Positions 1 to 13,061 of a DNA stretch of 64,000 bases are shown piece after piece. Each line of letters begins with the position of its first letter. Position 1 is the stretch's first letter. This stretch comes from Paraspadella gotoi (Eukaryota > Animalia > Chaetognatha): contig CM119269.1 of the NCBI GenBank assembly GCA_051294375.1, positions 21,375,665 to 21,439,664 of the forward strand, in the 5' to 3' direction. The notes beneath the pieces are model-generated. The model searched no databases and was not told where the DNA came from. It worked only from the letters and a program-made list of their open reading frames with translations. A program made the translations under genes and the position numbers.

Positions 1-703
1 GCGAAAAGTACCAAAGGAGACTTTCTTCTTGTTTGTGGAAAGGGCGTGACTGTCTGGAGCTGGAGGCATGTGACATGGAGGCGCCTTCTGGCCCGAAGAA
101 AAAAAGGCGGAGCCTGTCGCTGCGCAAACAGCGACATAATATCGTGGAGGCGGAGCTGACTTTGAAGACTCTGAAATGGAAGTCAGCTGGGCTGGCCGCG
201 GAGGTGGGGGAACCCGCCAAGGAAGTCGTGGTGCCGGCCGCCTAGTTGCAGGGACTGGCCGGGATGGCGGAAACGGCCAAGATGGCGAGACCTGCCAAGA
301 GGCTTTACTTAATGAGCCACCGGGTCACGACTGAAGGTGTCCTGTTTATAGGCGGGGTGAACTTATGCAATGCCCGACTACATGTATCCCATCGCTGATA
401 AAACTAATGTATTTATTACTGGCAAAGCCTTTGACAATTCTTAGCAGACCAGTGAATAAGGCATTATCGTTTCCCACTTTGGTCATAAGAATGCCGTCGA
501 CAAAGTGTACATTTGCCACAAAAAGTTCAGTCATTTTTTCCATTTTTGATTTGTTTCAGAAGGATTTCCACGTATTCTCGTCGGGCTCATCAGTTATGTA
601 GGGGTACATAATTATATTTTATGGGCGATAAACAGATACAAGATGTGTACAAGTAGAAATCAAATATTGAGACTGAAACCAGAGAATGGGGCACCGGCTA
701 ATA

Positions 704-746
<43 letters not shown>

Positions 747-996
747 TCAGAAGCCTGTTTCCCTTGCGACCACCAAACATAGTGGCCACACCATTTATCA
801 TAGGATAACATTTGATGATTTGTAAACTATTTAGCTATTTGTTTATAAACGTTATTTTCAATATACCATTTTCTTTCAAGAAACTCAACTAAAATCCGTT
901 TGTAATTGTAATTGGCTTAAACTTTTAAAACTACGCACAAAATTTTTAATCGATCAATCGATAAATCAGATTCATAAATTTAAAAAAAGTTACTAG

Positions 997-1230
997 TGAA
1001 GAGACAGTAATTATTGTTATATGTTAGTGACAGAACCGTTCAATATAAGCAGTCCCTGAGCTTCGGATCAGGCGGTAATACCGTGTTACAGGCGGATTAA
1101 GCGCCCCGTCCCTCTTAACTGCTAGGCGGCCACCGGGCTAGAACCCCGGACATTTGGGTTAGGAGGCGAATGACTTGCTTCCAGCACCAATGGCCGCTAA
1201 TGAACGGTTGGTGGATTTTAGTCCACCATA
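997..1230 (-). mobile_element. ~233-bp non-autonomous element with a tRNA-like core, subterminal inverted repeats and a terminal hairpin (copy 1)
   Basis: Reverse complement of 13803-14036 and 54590-54824; AACCGTTCA/TGAACGGTT subterminal IRs; hairpin TGGTGGA-ttttag-TCCACCA. Confidence 0.8.
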
Positions 1231-1979
1231 CTAGATATAAATCAATGAATCCTACAATCAATCAAATGTTGTTTTAGAAACAACATTATCGATATTAATT
1301 AGTTCATAGTTTAAATTTATAAATTACCAACAAAAGGCGGCACCTTTCCCTCTTCTAGAAATTGTTCATACTTTGACTTTTTGATCGCTCCAATCCATGT
1401 TCCACCTGAAAAATGCTCTCGATTTATAAATTTATATAATAAATATTTCCCCAACTTGACATTATAGAGTATGAATTCTGTACTAAAAAACAAAGTCGAT
1501 ATATATTTGTGATATATATTTGTGATATATAGAGCTGATGAGGTCCTGAGATGACGATCCTTAACTAATACAGAATGGGTCCAGCGCTTGGAACTAGGTT
1601 CCAAGGAGTCGCAAAGCACCCTGGCGGTCCCCATAGGGTGTGCCAAATAGCAAAACATACAAGGATTTCAATTTACATTTAGGATAATATATAGGGGCTT
1701 AAAAAATGATGTTAGGAACAATCGCCATTCAAAGATGTTGATCACTGGCCGTGCTACCCTCTGTGTAGGGGCTTAAAAAATGATGTTAGGAACAATCGCC
1801 ATTCAAAGATGTTGATCACTGGCCGTGCTACCCTCTCTTGAAGGATTTTTGGCACACCTTTTACTTCATATTCTATTGTGTCCAAAGAGAAAATATTTTA
1901 GCGTCCACCCTATTCAAGGGGGGCCAGCTCATTTTGAGCTCTTTCTTACTCCTTNNNNNNNNNNNNNNNNNNNNNNNNN

Positions 1980-2030
<51 letters not shown>

Positions 2031-2177
2031 AGTTTCACTTCTTTCACAACTTATTCAATCTGCCTCACCTTGACCTCTCATCTGACCACTATTCTGTTTC
2101 ACCACTTTGTTGGGAAACTTTTACCCTATTCTCTCTCTCTCTCTTCTTATGCAACAAATTTTAAACCAATCTGTCAA

Positions 2178-2220
2178 AACGCTGATGAAGGCTTGTAAAA
2201 CAAGTCGAAACATGTCTGTT
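2178..2220 (+). ncRNA. Minimal type-I hammerhead ribozyme of the Penelope-like-element type
   Basis: Helix I AACG/UGUU; core CUGAUGA(A) 2182-2189; helix II GGCUUG-uaaaa-CAAGUC; GAAA 2207-2210; palindromic ACAUGU helix III region; predicted cleavage after GUC at 2216; AATAAA about 10 nt downstream. Confidence 0.75.
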
Positions 2221-2900
2221 CAACCTATAAAATAAAATTCGTATGCAAACTAAAAACTTTTAAAAAATGAATTATACTTTGTGTAGACAACTTTTTATGA
2301 GCTATCTGAATCTGGTCTTAAAATTTAAAATTTTTCAAAAAAATTTTGGTTCTTTCCTATCTATAAATACAATATTAAAAAATTAATTTCTAAGGTATAG
2401 AGCCATATAAGAAATTTTTTTGTCCATTTAAAGTATACTTAAAAATGTATAAATTTTCGTCTTGAGAATGTACTCACTTTAAATTTTTTGACTCACCCCA
2501 TTGAGTGCGGCTACCCCTACCTTAACTAGAGTTTTATCGCTACCGGGAAATGTAAAATTTTGTTTAATGATGATTCCAACTGACCTTTTGTTAGAGCTAT
2601 CGTACTTATCTCGTCCGCTACGTATCGCGCGTCCTTGCTGTTATCGAACGAAGCCAATGAACTTTTTCCTTTTCCAAGTTCGTGACACAATATTTCTCCA
2701 TTTGCCCAGGTGAATTCTCCGATATCTGGTTTGGTGTGATATGTGTAGACTTCTCGTATTAAATCCTTATCTGTAATGTAATCGGTACATTATTACAAGT
2801 TTACAACGCCTACGTTACTTCGTTGATATTGTCATAGCAAGTGCATAGCATAGCATAACATAGCAAAGCTTTAAATCAATACACTATCACAGTCTACGTA

Positions 2901-4875
2901 CACGGATCTCAAATGGGAGTGAAATGACAAGAGTTGTTATAACTCTTAACTGACTGACTGTGATTAATATTTGTTCTGAGGCGACTTACCACCGGTCTCT
3001 CTCTCTAAACCCTTCCTCTCTCCTCTTTCTCCGAGCCGGTCTATCCACATGGTCACTTTGCCCTAGCTTTGGCAATGACCTTAGATTGACCGGACACAGT
3101 AATAGGGCTGAGGCGACCGTAAGGTCAAGTTGGTCCGGGCGATGATAAAATTGGATCAGGAGAGAGCTCGTCTCACAATACCATCGTCTGGGTTCTGAAG
3201 GACTAGATATAAATTGTATTAGATGTTTNNNNNNNNNNTTTTTTTACATTATAATTTTTTTTCTTTGAAATCTTAAAATTTTTGATGGATTCTGATAGAG
3301 CATAAAAAGTTAAACAAGAAATATAATTACAGCTTTTAAAAATTCTTACGTTTTCTACGTGAAAATATAAAAAAAATGCTAAAATCATCGAAAGATGATG
3401 ATGATGATGATTTTTTACGGTTTTTCTTATTTTTGACTCATTTATCATGAAAATATTTAAAAAATAATTATACTTTGTGTAGACAACTTTTTATGAGCTA
3501 TCTCAATCTGGTCTTAAACTTTTAAAATTATCTAAAAATATTTTGGCCTTTCCCATTTATAAATAATAATTAAAAAAATAATTTTTTGGGTATAGAGCCA
3601 CATAAGAAATGTTTTGTCCATTGAAAGTATACTTCAAAATGTATAAATTTTCGTTTAAGCATGTAATCATTCTAAATTTTTGACTCGCCCCTTGAGTGGG
3701 GCTACCCCTAATTTAACCAAGCTTGCTTAACAGCAAGCAATCATCATAACACTTTGACCAAACAAATCATTTTTCCTATCTCCCTACTTCCTTTTTGTAA
3801 AGTTTCTTCCCAACAATTTTTTTTTTGGGAAGAGATATATGTAAATTTTTATTGTAGAAGACAAACCCCTTTTTGGTGGGTCCCCCCAATTGTTTCTCCT
3901 AGACCTTATTGTTTGCCCAAATATTCCCCCAAGGAGGAACAATATTGTAAAGTACTTTGTTCCTTAACTAGTAGTACAAGTCACCTCAACTGTAAATAGG
4001 GTCAGTTCGAACCCCTAAGGTCCTTGGCAATGACCTTAGATTGACCGGACACAGTAATACTAATAGGGCCGAGCCGACCGTAAGGTCAAGTTGGTCCGGG
4101 CGATGATAAAAGTGGATCAGGAGAGAGCTCGTCTCACTTCTTTTCTACTTCTCTTATATCGTCACAATTCTTCACCTTCTCCTCACTTTTATTATTACTA
4201 TTTTCGTCTTCTACAGTTCATTTCATTAGTTGGAAAAGTCATTGAAGTTTATGTTCCTATCTCTCAAGTTTGAGCAAACAATGTCGCATCTGCTCACGAT
4301 CATTATCGGTAATTAAATAATTATTTAATTAATAATTAATTAATAATTAATTCAAGTTAATTATTTAATTAATTAATAATTAATTTTTTCAAGTTAATTA
4401 TTTAATTAATTAGGCAATCACCTACAGTGTCATACCCTGGGTGCTATCATCTTAGAACTATGGCATTGCAGTTGTCAAGTCCCTCGTCGCGCTGTGGCAC
4501 TACTCGGGACCTAGCCACATGTCAGAGATATAATTTTAACAATAATATGAGTAGTTCTCTTAATCAAAAAGAAGTGAAAACAGTTAGAGACAACCTCTTT
4601 TGGAAGTATTTGAATGCATTGAATGATTTAATGATGTTGGGAAATAATCATTTTATTCAGTCTTAGGGAGGTCATATTACCTATTAAAACTTATTTATTA
4701 GCCAAAAACTATATTTGACAATAAAATTAACTGGCTTTTCCAAACCGCGACACTTTCTTTTTCCATCATGGTAGTTATCTATTTTTTTACTTGGTTGCAA
4801 AATCTGAAGCTGCCATAACGAATAATTTAGCCTCAGAATTTGATCCTTTCATTTCACTCCCATTTGAAATCCGTG
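2901..4875. mobile_element. Non-autonomous DNA transposon with 27-bp TIRs and TA flanks, carrying nested repeats
   Basis: CACGGATCTCAAATGGGAGTGAAATGA at 2901-2927 and its reverse complement (1 mismatch) at 4849-4875; TA on both sides; no transposase ORF. Confidence 0.65.
3239..3716 (+). mobile_element. AT-rich dispersed MITE-like repeat
   Basis: Direct partial copy at 2262-2526; reverse copy at 44030-44460; diverged pieces at 18690-18900 and 61140-61500. Confidence 0.7.
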
Positions 4876-6150
4876 TAATAATTCTCAGAAGGCATTCTAA
4901 CAATTTAATGTTATAAATACATTTACCCTTAAATACCTAAATTGTTAATATATCATACTTACGCGGGAATATTACTGTTAGAGGATCGGTAACGCGTTGA
5001 AGCGAACTATAATTTGTATTTATTAATCCAAATAAAATTAAAACTTTAAAATATGATCTTTTGTTCATTTTTTCTTTATTTTGAAAAAAAGTAAAGCCTT
5101 TAAAATATTTTACATTGACATGAAATTTACATTCAAAAAATTTTGTCTTTTGCCGATTAAATAAAAAAATATTTGATAAAAGTTCAAAGTTTTGAAACTT
5201 TATTTTGTTATAAATAATGACTTCAAATAAATTATTAATAAAAAAAATTTCTGTATTAAAATACATTTTCTTGTTGAATTAATTCCTCGTCTAAAATTAC
5301 CAATTACTACTTCGAATGTAATTTGTAGACTAACTTGTTTTCTGTATTACTTTTTTCATGACAATTAAAGAAAATTTAATAATAGAGATATTACTTTCAG
5401 AATAAGCAAAATTTAAGACTTAAGATTTACTATATGCCCTACACATTATTGTTACCTTTTCCTGCTTTCCTAAAAAAAGATGAAAACAAATGAGAGAAAG
5501 TAACTATGCGTAAACCATATGGTAAGTCGGCTCCAGACAAACGTTTTAAATTTTCAAAATAAAACTTTTTACACTGTAGTATTCGTAACACAGAAGAAAA
5601 TATCATAATTAATAAATATGTCTCACCTACTAACATTAGCTAAGTATTGTTATTTTGCCTAAGTATTGTTATTTTGCCTTTGTTATTTTTTGGATTATTT
5701 GTTTTTTATGTTTCGATGTATGTATGTATGTATGTATGTATGTATGATGTATGTAGTGATTCAATCTTATGGCGTCGGACTGACCCCGTCACGAGTAATT
5801 TTCTCAGGTTATGCTCGTCATTGTCGGTCTTGTTGTCGTCATTGTTATCGTCATTGTCAACATCATTGTCGTTGTTTTTGTCGTAATTTTCGTTGGTGTT
5901 GCAGTCATTGTCGTTGTTGTTGTCGTTAAAATATCCGTACGAGTTTTTAGAATTTTTTTGGAATCAATTCAACAAGGGATCGACTTTGATCGATGAAATT
6001 TCATTATTGAGCATGAAAGACTTTTAATATTTCACTTAACTCAAAATTTATAACATCATATACAATTATACATACAAAGCTTAATTTTTTTTATTTAAAC
6101 CTTAGATTTTATGCTCATTAGGCCTCCTTTCGTTGAAATTTTCCAATTAG

Positions 6151-7056
6151 TTTTTATCTCGCCAAGGAATCTTGGCGAGATAATAATAATAATAATAATA
6201 AAAATCTTAAAAGAATAGGATTGAGCCTTCCTTCAATGATAACCAAATATTGATGCGATGATAACCAAAGGATTGATGCGATGATAACCAAATGGTTGAT
6301 GCGATGATAACCAAATATTGATGCGATGATAACCAATAATTGATGCGATGATAACCAAATGATCGATGTGATGATAACCAAATGATTGATGTGATAATAA
6401 CCAAATGACTGATGCGATGATAGTCATTCATTGATGTGATGATAATCATTCATTGATACGATGATAGTCATTCATTGATGCGATGATAGTCATTCATTGA
6501 CGAATGAATCATTCATCATAAATAAAACAAACAAATGCGTGTATGAGTGAAAGAGAGAGAGAAAGAGAGAAAAAGAGAGAGAGAAAGAAAGAGAATAAAT
6601 CCATGAAAATCTCGGATGTAAATTTGGGATTTTGCATTGAGAAAAAAGCGTGGAATAAATGGCGATAGTAAACGTTTTTAAAAGGAAAAAATAATCAAAA
6701 TTTTTCAAAAAACAATCACGCAAGAGATCGTACTGAGAGAGAGAGAGAGACAGAGAGAGACAGAAAGAGAAAGAGAGAGACAGACAGAGACAGAGAGAGA
6801 AAGAGATAGAGAGAGAAAGCTGGACAGCCACTGGAAGGCAGCTGTACAGTCACTGTAGAGCCTGAACTCGTTTTAAAAGGGTTCAGAAAAGGCAGCAACT
6901 GACAAAAATCGGAAGAAAAATATATACAGTAGCATCCGTCTAGAATTTCTGAGACGGCAAGCTCTGTAACTCGAGTACAAATGATAATTTTAAAGAGAGC
7001 TTTTGTCTTGATATCGAGTTCAGCTCTGAATCGGCTGTCCAGCGGCTATCCAGCTT

Positions 7057-7090
<34 letters not shown>

Positions 7091-7315
7091 TGTCTCTCTC
7101 TCGCTCTGTCTCTCTCTGTACGATCTCTTGCGTGATCGTGCGTTTTTCGAAAAAGTCTGATTTTTTTTTCCTTCTAAAAACTTTTATTATCGCCATTTAT
7201 TCCTCGCTTTTTTCTCAATACAAAATCCCATATTTACATCCGAGTTTTTCGTGGATTTATTTTACGGCTCTGAGATTTAGTCAGAATAGTTTTATGTTTG
7301 GAAACAAAGTTCGTA

Positions 7316-7346
<31 letters not shown>

Positions 7347-7740
7347 ACTTATACACGCGTTTGTTTGTTTTATTTACGATGAATGACTCATCGCGTCAAT
7401 GAATGACTATCATCATATCAATGAATGATTATCATCACATAAATAAATGATTATCATCGCATCAATCATTTGGTTATCATCACATCAATCATTTGGTTAT
7501 TATCGCATCAATTATTGGTTATCATCGCATCAATATTTGGTTATCATCGCATCAATAATTGGTTACCATCGCATCAATAATCAACTACTTGCAGGCTCGA
7601 TCCTTATGCTTTTAAGATATTTTTTGGTTTGAATTTCCACTTCATTATGAGTTACTGCAATATGAAAATTAGAATATAGTACTTTTTTATTAATTTTCTT
7701 TGATACTATACCTTGGCGAGATCCTTATACTTTAAGATTT
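6151..7740 (+). mobile_element. Helentron-associated (DINE/HINE-like) element enclosing the palindrome
   Basis: 5' subTIR ATCTCGCCAAG with adjacent inverted copy (6155-6182), then (TAA)n; 3' subTIR CTTGGCGAGAT at 7712-7722 followed by a short stem-loop and T run. Confidence 0.5.
6204..7618. repeat. ~1.4-kb imperfect palindrome (foldback) with ~20-bp subrepeats TGATGCGATGATAACCAAAT
   Basis: Arms match module by module (subrepeat blocks, unique spacers, GA/TC tracts); centre near ccgtctagaatttctgagacgg at 6936-6957. Confidence 0.88.
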
Positions 7741-7907
7741 TTATTTCCTATTCTTATGTTATTGTAACTGTTTTAAACTCAACTAGAAAACAAAAAAAAA
7801 TAGTGTAGTTTTTTCGTTTAACACGTAAGAAATAAAGCCAAATGTTTGATTTTAAATTAGTATTTTTAATCATATATCAAATACATCAGAGTAAAAATGA
7901 GACGACT

Positions 7908-8253
7908 TTATTTCAACGAATATCTAACGTGAAGAGTTTTCATTTGTTTTCTTCCAGCGCCGAGTTTAACTTCGTCTCGTCCCTGAATCGCGCCACCTTG
8001 CGAGACCACGTGACGACCGTTCCTCGAATGTTGCTGGTGCTGGGGTAGAGTGTTATCTTTGATGTTGTTCCGGCCGTCAACGTTGTAGGCGGCGAAGGAT
8101 GTGGTTCGGGTAAGGCGGTTCGTCATGCTGGGAATAAGAGACTTTTTTTTTTAAATATACTAATTTTTATTTTGTAAATATGAATACTAATTGGAAAAAT
8201 TAAGTAGTAACAAAGAAAACAGGCACTATTTGGACAAAGAAATCTCTCGGTCT

Positions 8254-8325
<72 letters not shown>

Positions 8326-11300
8326 CCACTGCCGACGACTAGCATAGACGAGGCGCCCGCGACGCCGGCGACGCCGCCCGATCGCCGCTTCGGCGTCAAA
8401 TGCGGCGTCTGCTGCAGCCGAGAATACTGCAACGCTTGCTGCTGCAACCGAGAATGCCGCGGCGCTGGGTGCTGCGGTCGGGAATGCTGTGGCATTTGCT
8501 GCAGCAACGGCTGCGGCGATGGCGGCGCGGAGGGAGTGGAGCGAAGGACGGAGGAGTAAGAGGAGCGAAAAGGATTTGAACTGGAGCGAAGTCGATTGGA
8601 TGGTGGAGCGGAGACGGAGTAATCGTTGGAAGAGGAAAGGGAATCTGGATTGAAAATTGGGATTTTGGTTTCTTATTAATATTACAATTATTTACAAAAA
8701 TTCAGCTCACTTTTATGATATGAGATTTTCGGCAATAAAAATAATTTGTCCTTTTACAACTAAATCGATTTATAATATTAGTTCATTAGTTTATCTTAGT
8801 GTATGTTATGATATATATCAATAAATCATTAAATCATTAAATCATCTTTAAATCATAGGAATGAATTCTGATAGAAATCAAAGTTATAATTAACTCTATA
8901 AATAATATTTCAACAAGGTATGATTACGATTTCGATTATAAGATGACAAAGATGACAAAGATGACAAGAATTAAGATCTCATTCCCATCTCTTTTTCTCC
9001 ATCTGCCCTTCTTCCACGTTACTCGTCTTGCTAGACTTTACTACAATAATAATTATCGTATTTTTGCTGGATCCTCTATTTCAAATATACGCTTTTAATA
9101 TTATATATTGTTTTCATCGCGATAGAGTTAAGGTCTTAGGGCTTTCCGTCATTCCCCATTTGTCTCCCTATTTTTTCTTTCTATCTATTAATCAAACTTT
9201 ATATTTCCTTCTCTCACTCTCGCTTCGCCGATGCTCACTTGTTCTCACGATCCCAGCGCCTCTTCCGGTCGAGGGTCTCCCGACTTCTCCAGGTTCCGCG
9301 TTCGATTCCGTCCCCAAGTTTGACCCTCGCTTGTGACTCCTCCCGTCCGACTTACGGGCGGCGTGAACCGCCACGGATCTGTGATGCTTGCGGTGAAGTT
9401 TGATTTGGTTTAACCTGAAGGAGGGGAAAAGAGAGAGAGAGAGAGAGAGATGGAGAGAGACGAGAGGAGAGAGCTGTGAGAGTGATGAGTACACGAGATG
9501 AGAGAGAGATTGTGAGGGATGAGACGAGAAAAGAAGAGCAGAGCGGATGCATGAGCTGGATCCGGAGGAGGAAAGAGAAGAGAAGAGAGAAAATGTTATC
9601 GATCAATCTCTTAAACAATGAATCAATCAACCATTTATTTTATCAATAAAAAATATCAATTAATCAAAGCAATCAAATCAATCAATAAATCAATTGAAAA
9701 ACGAATCGATCTTTCAACCAATTGATCAATCAAATCAACCAATCAACCTCTCAAACAATAAATAAATCGATAAATCAACCAATAAATCAATAAATCTCTG
9801 AATCAATCAATCAATGAGTCACTCGATCATTTTTTAAATCAATTAACCAATCATTAACTCATTTAAATCATTTTACCAATTAATCTAGAAGCACATCAAT
9901 TAATTAATCAATTGAGAAAATAATCAATCAATCAATCAATTAACGAATAAATCACTCAATAGATGAAGCAATCAATCAATCAATCAATCAATCAAATCCA
10001 ATTAAAATCCACCTGTCTCCCTGACTAACTCCAGTCTCTCTCTCGTTTATCGTCTCCTCGCGAGAATTTCTCTCTTTGTCCCAAAATCCGAGTTCGTTTT
10101 GATTCAAGTCTGACGTGGACGAGGGCGACATCAGCGAAGCCGTCGTTTTGGGCCGCGACCCGACGGGCACGCTTCTTGGCGGAGGGTCTATCACAGAATT
10201 AGGGGTAGAAGGGGCGCCGGGATGTGACGACGACGACGAAGACGGCGACGTAACGGAATCATGGATTCTGACTTTGGAGAAAATACGAGAGACGCTGCGA
10301 GTCTGTAAATCGGCGGCGTCCTCTGCGGCGGCGGCGGCGTCAGCGGCAGCGTTTAGATTGGATTGGATTGGGTCGCAATTTTTGATTCGACGTCTCATTC
10401 TGTATTTATCGCCTGTGAAATTTAATAAATCAATAAATTGAAAAGCTAAATCGTTATCAAATCCTATTAATACTATTGCTAAAGTGATAAAATAGTAGGA
10501 CTAATATGGAAACCGTATCAAAAGATGCTGTGGACACAATTTTCTGGGCTTAATCCTACGTGGGTACAATCCTAATGGAACCTTAAAAAGAGATTTAAAA
10601 ACTTTAAAAACACCGGAAATAAGGGGTGAACTTAATTAATATTTTGCCTGATTAACTGAGCAAAGTTTTACAGAAATTGCTTAGGTAAAGAAATGATTTT
10701 TCTTAATTAAGATAGGCTATTTCTGAATCAAAATATTTTGCTTTTATTTATTTTTAAAGATAAATAAAACAATATATTTTCTTTTATTGTTTTAATTTCG
10801 TTATCAACTATATTTTCAATTTGTTATTACTATATTTTAAGCCCAAAAATGGCATGAAATATGAGTAACAGCATTAAGTATGTAAACTACTTGGCTACTA
10901 CCAGACCCAGAACCAATAAAATTATTAAAGAAGATTAATTCATTGATAAATAAAATAATTAACAGATAATAAAGAAATTAGTAAAGGAATGATTAATTAA
11001 TTGACTAATTGATTAACTAATTGATTAATTATTTGATTTATTAAAACATCCTGCATTTACATTTAATATAAAAGGAAAAAGAAGCATAATCAGTTAGTAA
11101 AACAGGTTTTTTTGTTTTTTTAAATTTAAACTTATTTCCACTCAAACGATTCCATCGAAACTTGATTTCCAGTTTAATCACACACTTTTCTACCCAAATA
11201 CAAAATTTCAAGTCAATCGCCCCATCCACTCATGAGTAATTGGTGTTCAAATAGTGAAATATATTTTTTTGTTTTTTCCAATTAAACTCATTTCAATCGC

Positions 11301-13023
11301 ACACTTCACTACCCACACACAAAATTTCATTCCAATTCATCCATCCAATCACGAGTAATTGGATGGATTGTGATTATGATTGTCGGCGTTGCCACGAACT
11401 TGAAGGACGCCGTAGACTTGGCGACGTGCTGGAGAGGATCGTCAGGGTCTGCCAAGTGGCGTCAGCACAAGGTCGAAGTTCTTGGGTTGTTCCAATCGAT
11501 AAAATCAGTTACTGAACAAAGTTCTTGATTTGTTCCATTTGCATTGTATTAAATACCTTAATAAAATAATCAAAGCATATAGATATTCAATACAATGCAA
11601 TTAACACTTAAGAGAAATTGATTAACAATGCAATAATCAAAAACAATTATTAAATCAATAATTAACAGAAACAATTGGTAGAATTAAATGACTCCATTTT
11701 GTATAGTTGAAACTAGGAAATAAGTGACAGTATATATATATAAAGAACTTGAGAAGTGAGGCAGATGTGAGCTCACGGTGATTATTCACTCGTGGTTCAG
11801 AGATTCGGGGATCGAATCCACAAATGTTTTACTATTTAAACTATATTACTTTTTAAAAATATTATTTGCTTATTATATCTAATAACTCATTTTGGGAGGG
11901 GGAGGTCAGTGTTGTCTTCTGGAAATAGAGGAAGCATCTAAAAAATACAAGGTTAGACTACAATAGAATACAATTAGACTACAATATTTAATTTAATATC
12001 ATTTGGCTTCAGATTATTAAAGATAACCTTTCCCTTTTAAAACTTAGCAAATTAGATCATAAGTTTATCAGTTATATCTTAGTTTTAAAGATCCTTTCCT
12101 CAATTAAAAATTGCCTACTTTTATTCAGTTAACTACTAGGTAAACCAAAAAATTGTCTATTACCTATTTAAGAAAAAAATATTTGACTAAGTTCACCCCT
12201 TAACCGGAAAACAACTTTTTTCTTTATAAAAGAAGAGAAAAAANNNNNNNNNNGAAATAGAGGAAGCATATAAAAAACACAATAGAATACAATTAGACTA
12301 CAATATTTAATTTACTATCATTTGGCTTCAAATTATTAAAGATAACCTTTCCCTTTTAATTCTTAGCAAATTAGATCATAAGTTTATCAGTTATACCTTA
12401 GTTTTAAAGATCCTTTCCTCAATTAAAAATTGCCTACTTTTATTCAGTTAACTACTAGGTAAACCAAAAAATTGTCTATTACCTATTTAAGAAAAAATAT
12501 TTGACTAAGTTCACCCCTTAACCGGAAAACAAAAGAAGAGAAAAAACTTTAAAACACCGGCAAACGTCTTTTCCTATTTAAAACGAGATAAAAAAGTTAA
12601 AAACACCGGAAAACAACGTTTTCTATATAAAAGAAGAGAAAAAATTTAAAAAAAACCGGAACACAACTTTTTTCTTATAAAGAAGAGAAAAAACTTTAAA
12701 AACACCGGCAACCGACTTTTTCTATTTAAAAAAAGGAGAAAAAATAATGAAAAATCGGCAAACAACTTTTCCTATTTAAAAAAAGACAAAAATTGTAAAA
12801 ACACCGGAAAACAACTTTTTCTATATAAAATGAGATAAAAACTTAAAAGACCTCGAAAAACTTTTCCTATATAAAAGCCACATGTCATCTGAACCGTCAC
12901 TTTGGCACAGATCATGATGCTTTGATTTAGTTTAGCCAATCTGCCTAAATTACATACTTACTCTTTCTCTCTCTCACTCTCTCTCTCTTTCTCTTTCTCT
13001 CTCTCTCTCTCTCTCTCCTCTCT

Positions 13024-13061
<38 letters not shown>

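Noticed and set aside
1-300. GC-rich open frames (plus 33-245; a Pro-rich minus frame ending NKKKVSF)
   Set aside because: Truncated by the window edge, abuts a SINE fragment, no recognisable domain or splice sites; may be a transposon remnant.
560-600. Minus-strand CTGATGAG...GAAA hammerhead candidate
   Set aside because: Helix II cannot close and there is no helix III or cleavage triplet.
1692-1837. ~74-bp perfect tandem duplication inside a small ggtgtgccaaa/tttggcacacc-bounded segment
   Set aside because: Small MITE-like piece near a gap; nothing indicates function and it may be an assembly duplication.
4030-4130. Twister or HDV-like ribozyme (GATAAAAGTGGA resembles part of a twister sequence)
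   Set aside because: Required conserved loops and helix order are absent.
11380-11530. Apparent alternative terminal Cdc14 exon (cag|[16 protein letters not shown]) giving a tail-less isoform
   Set aside because: The acceptor region (gaacaaatcaagaactttgttc) recurs at about 18329-18350, so it looks like a dispersed repeat fragment; no other support.
11923-12545. ~300-bp direct repeat in a Cdc14 intron
   Set aside because: Copies flank a 10-N gap; most likely uncollapsed contig overlap.
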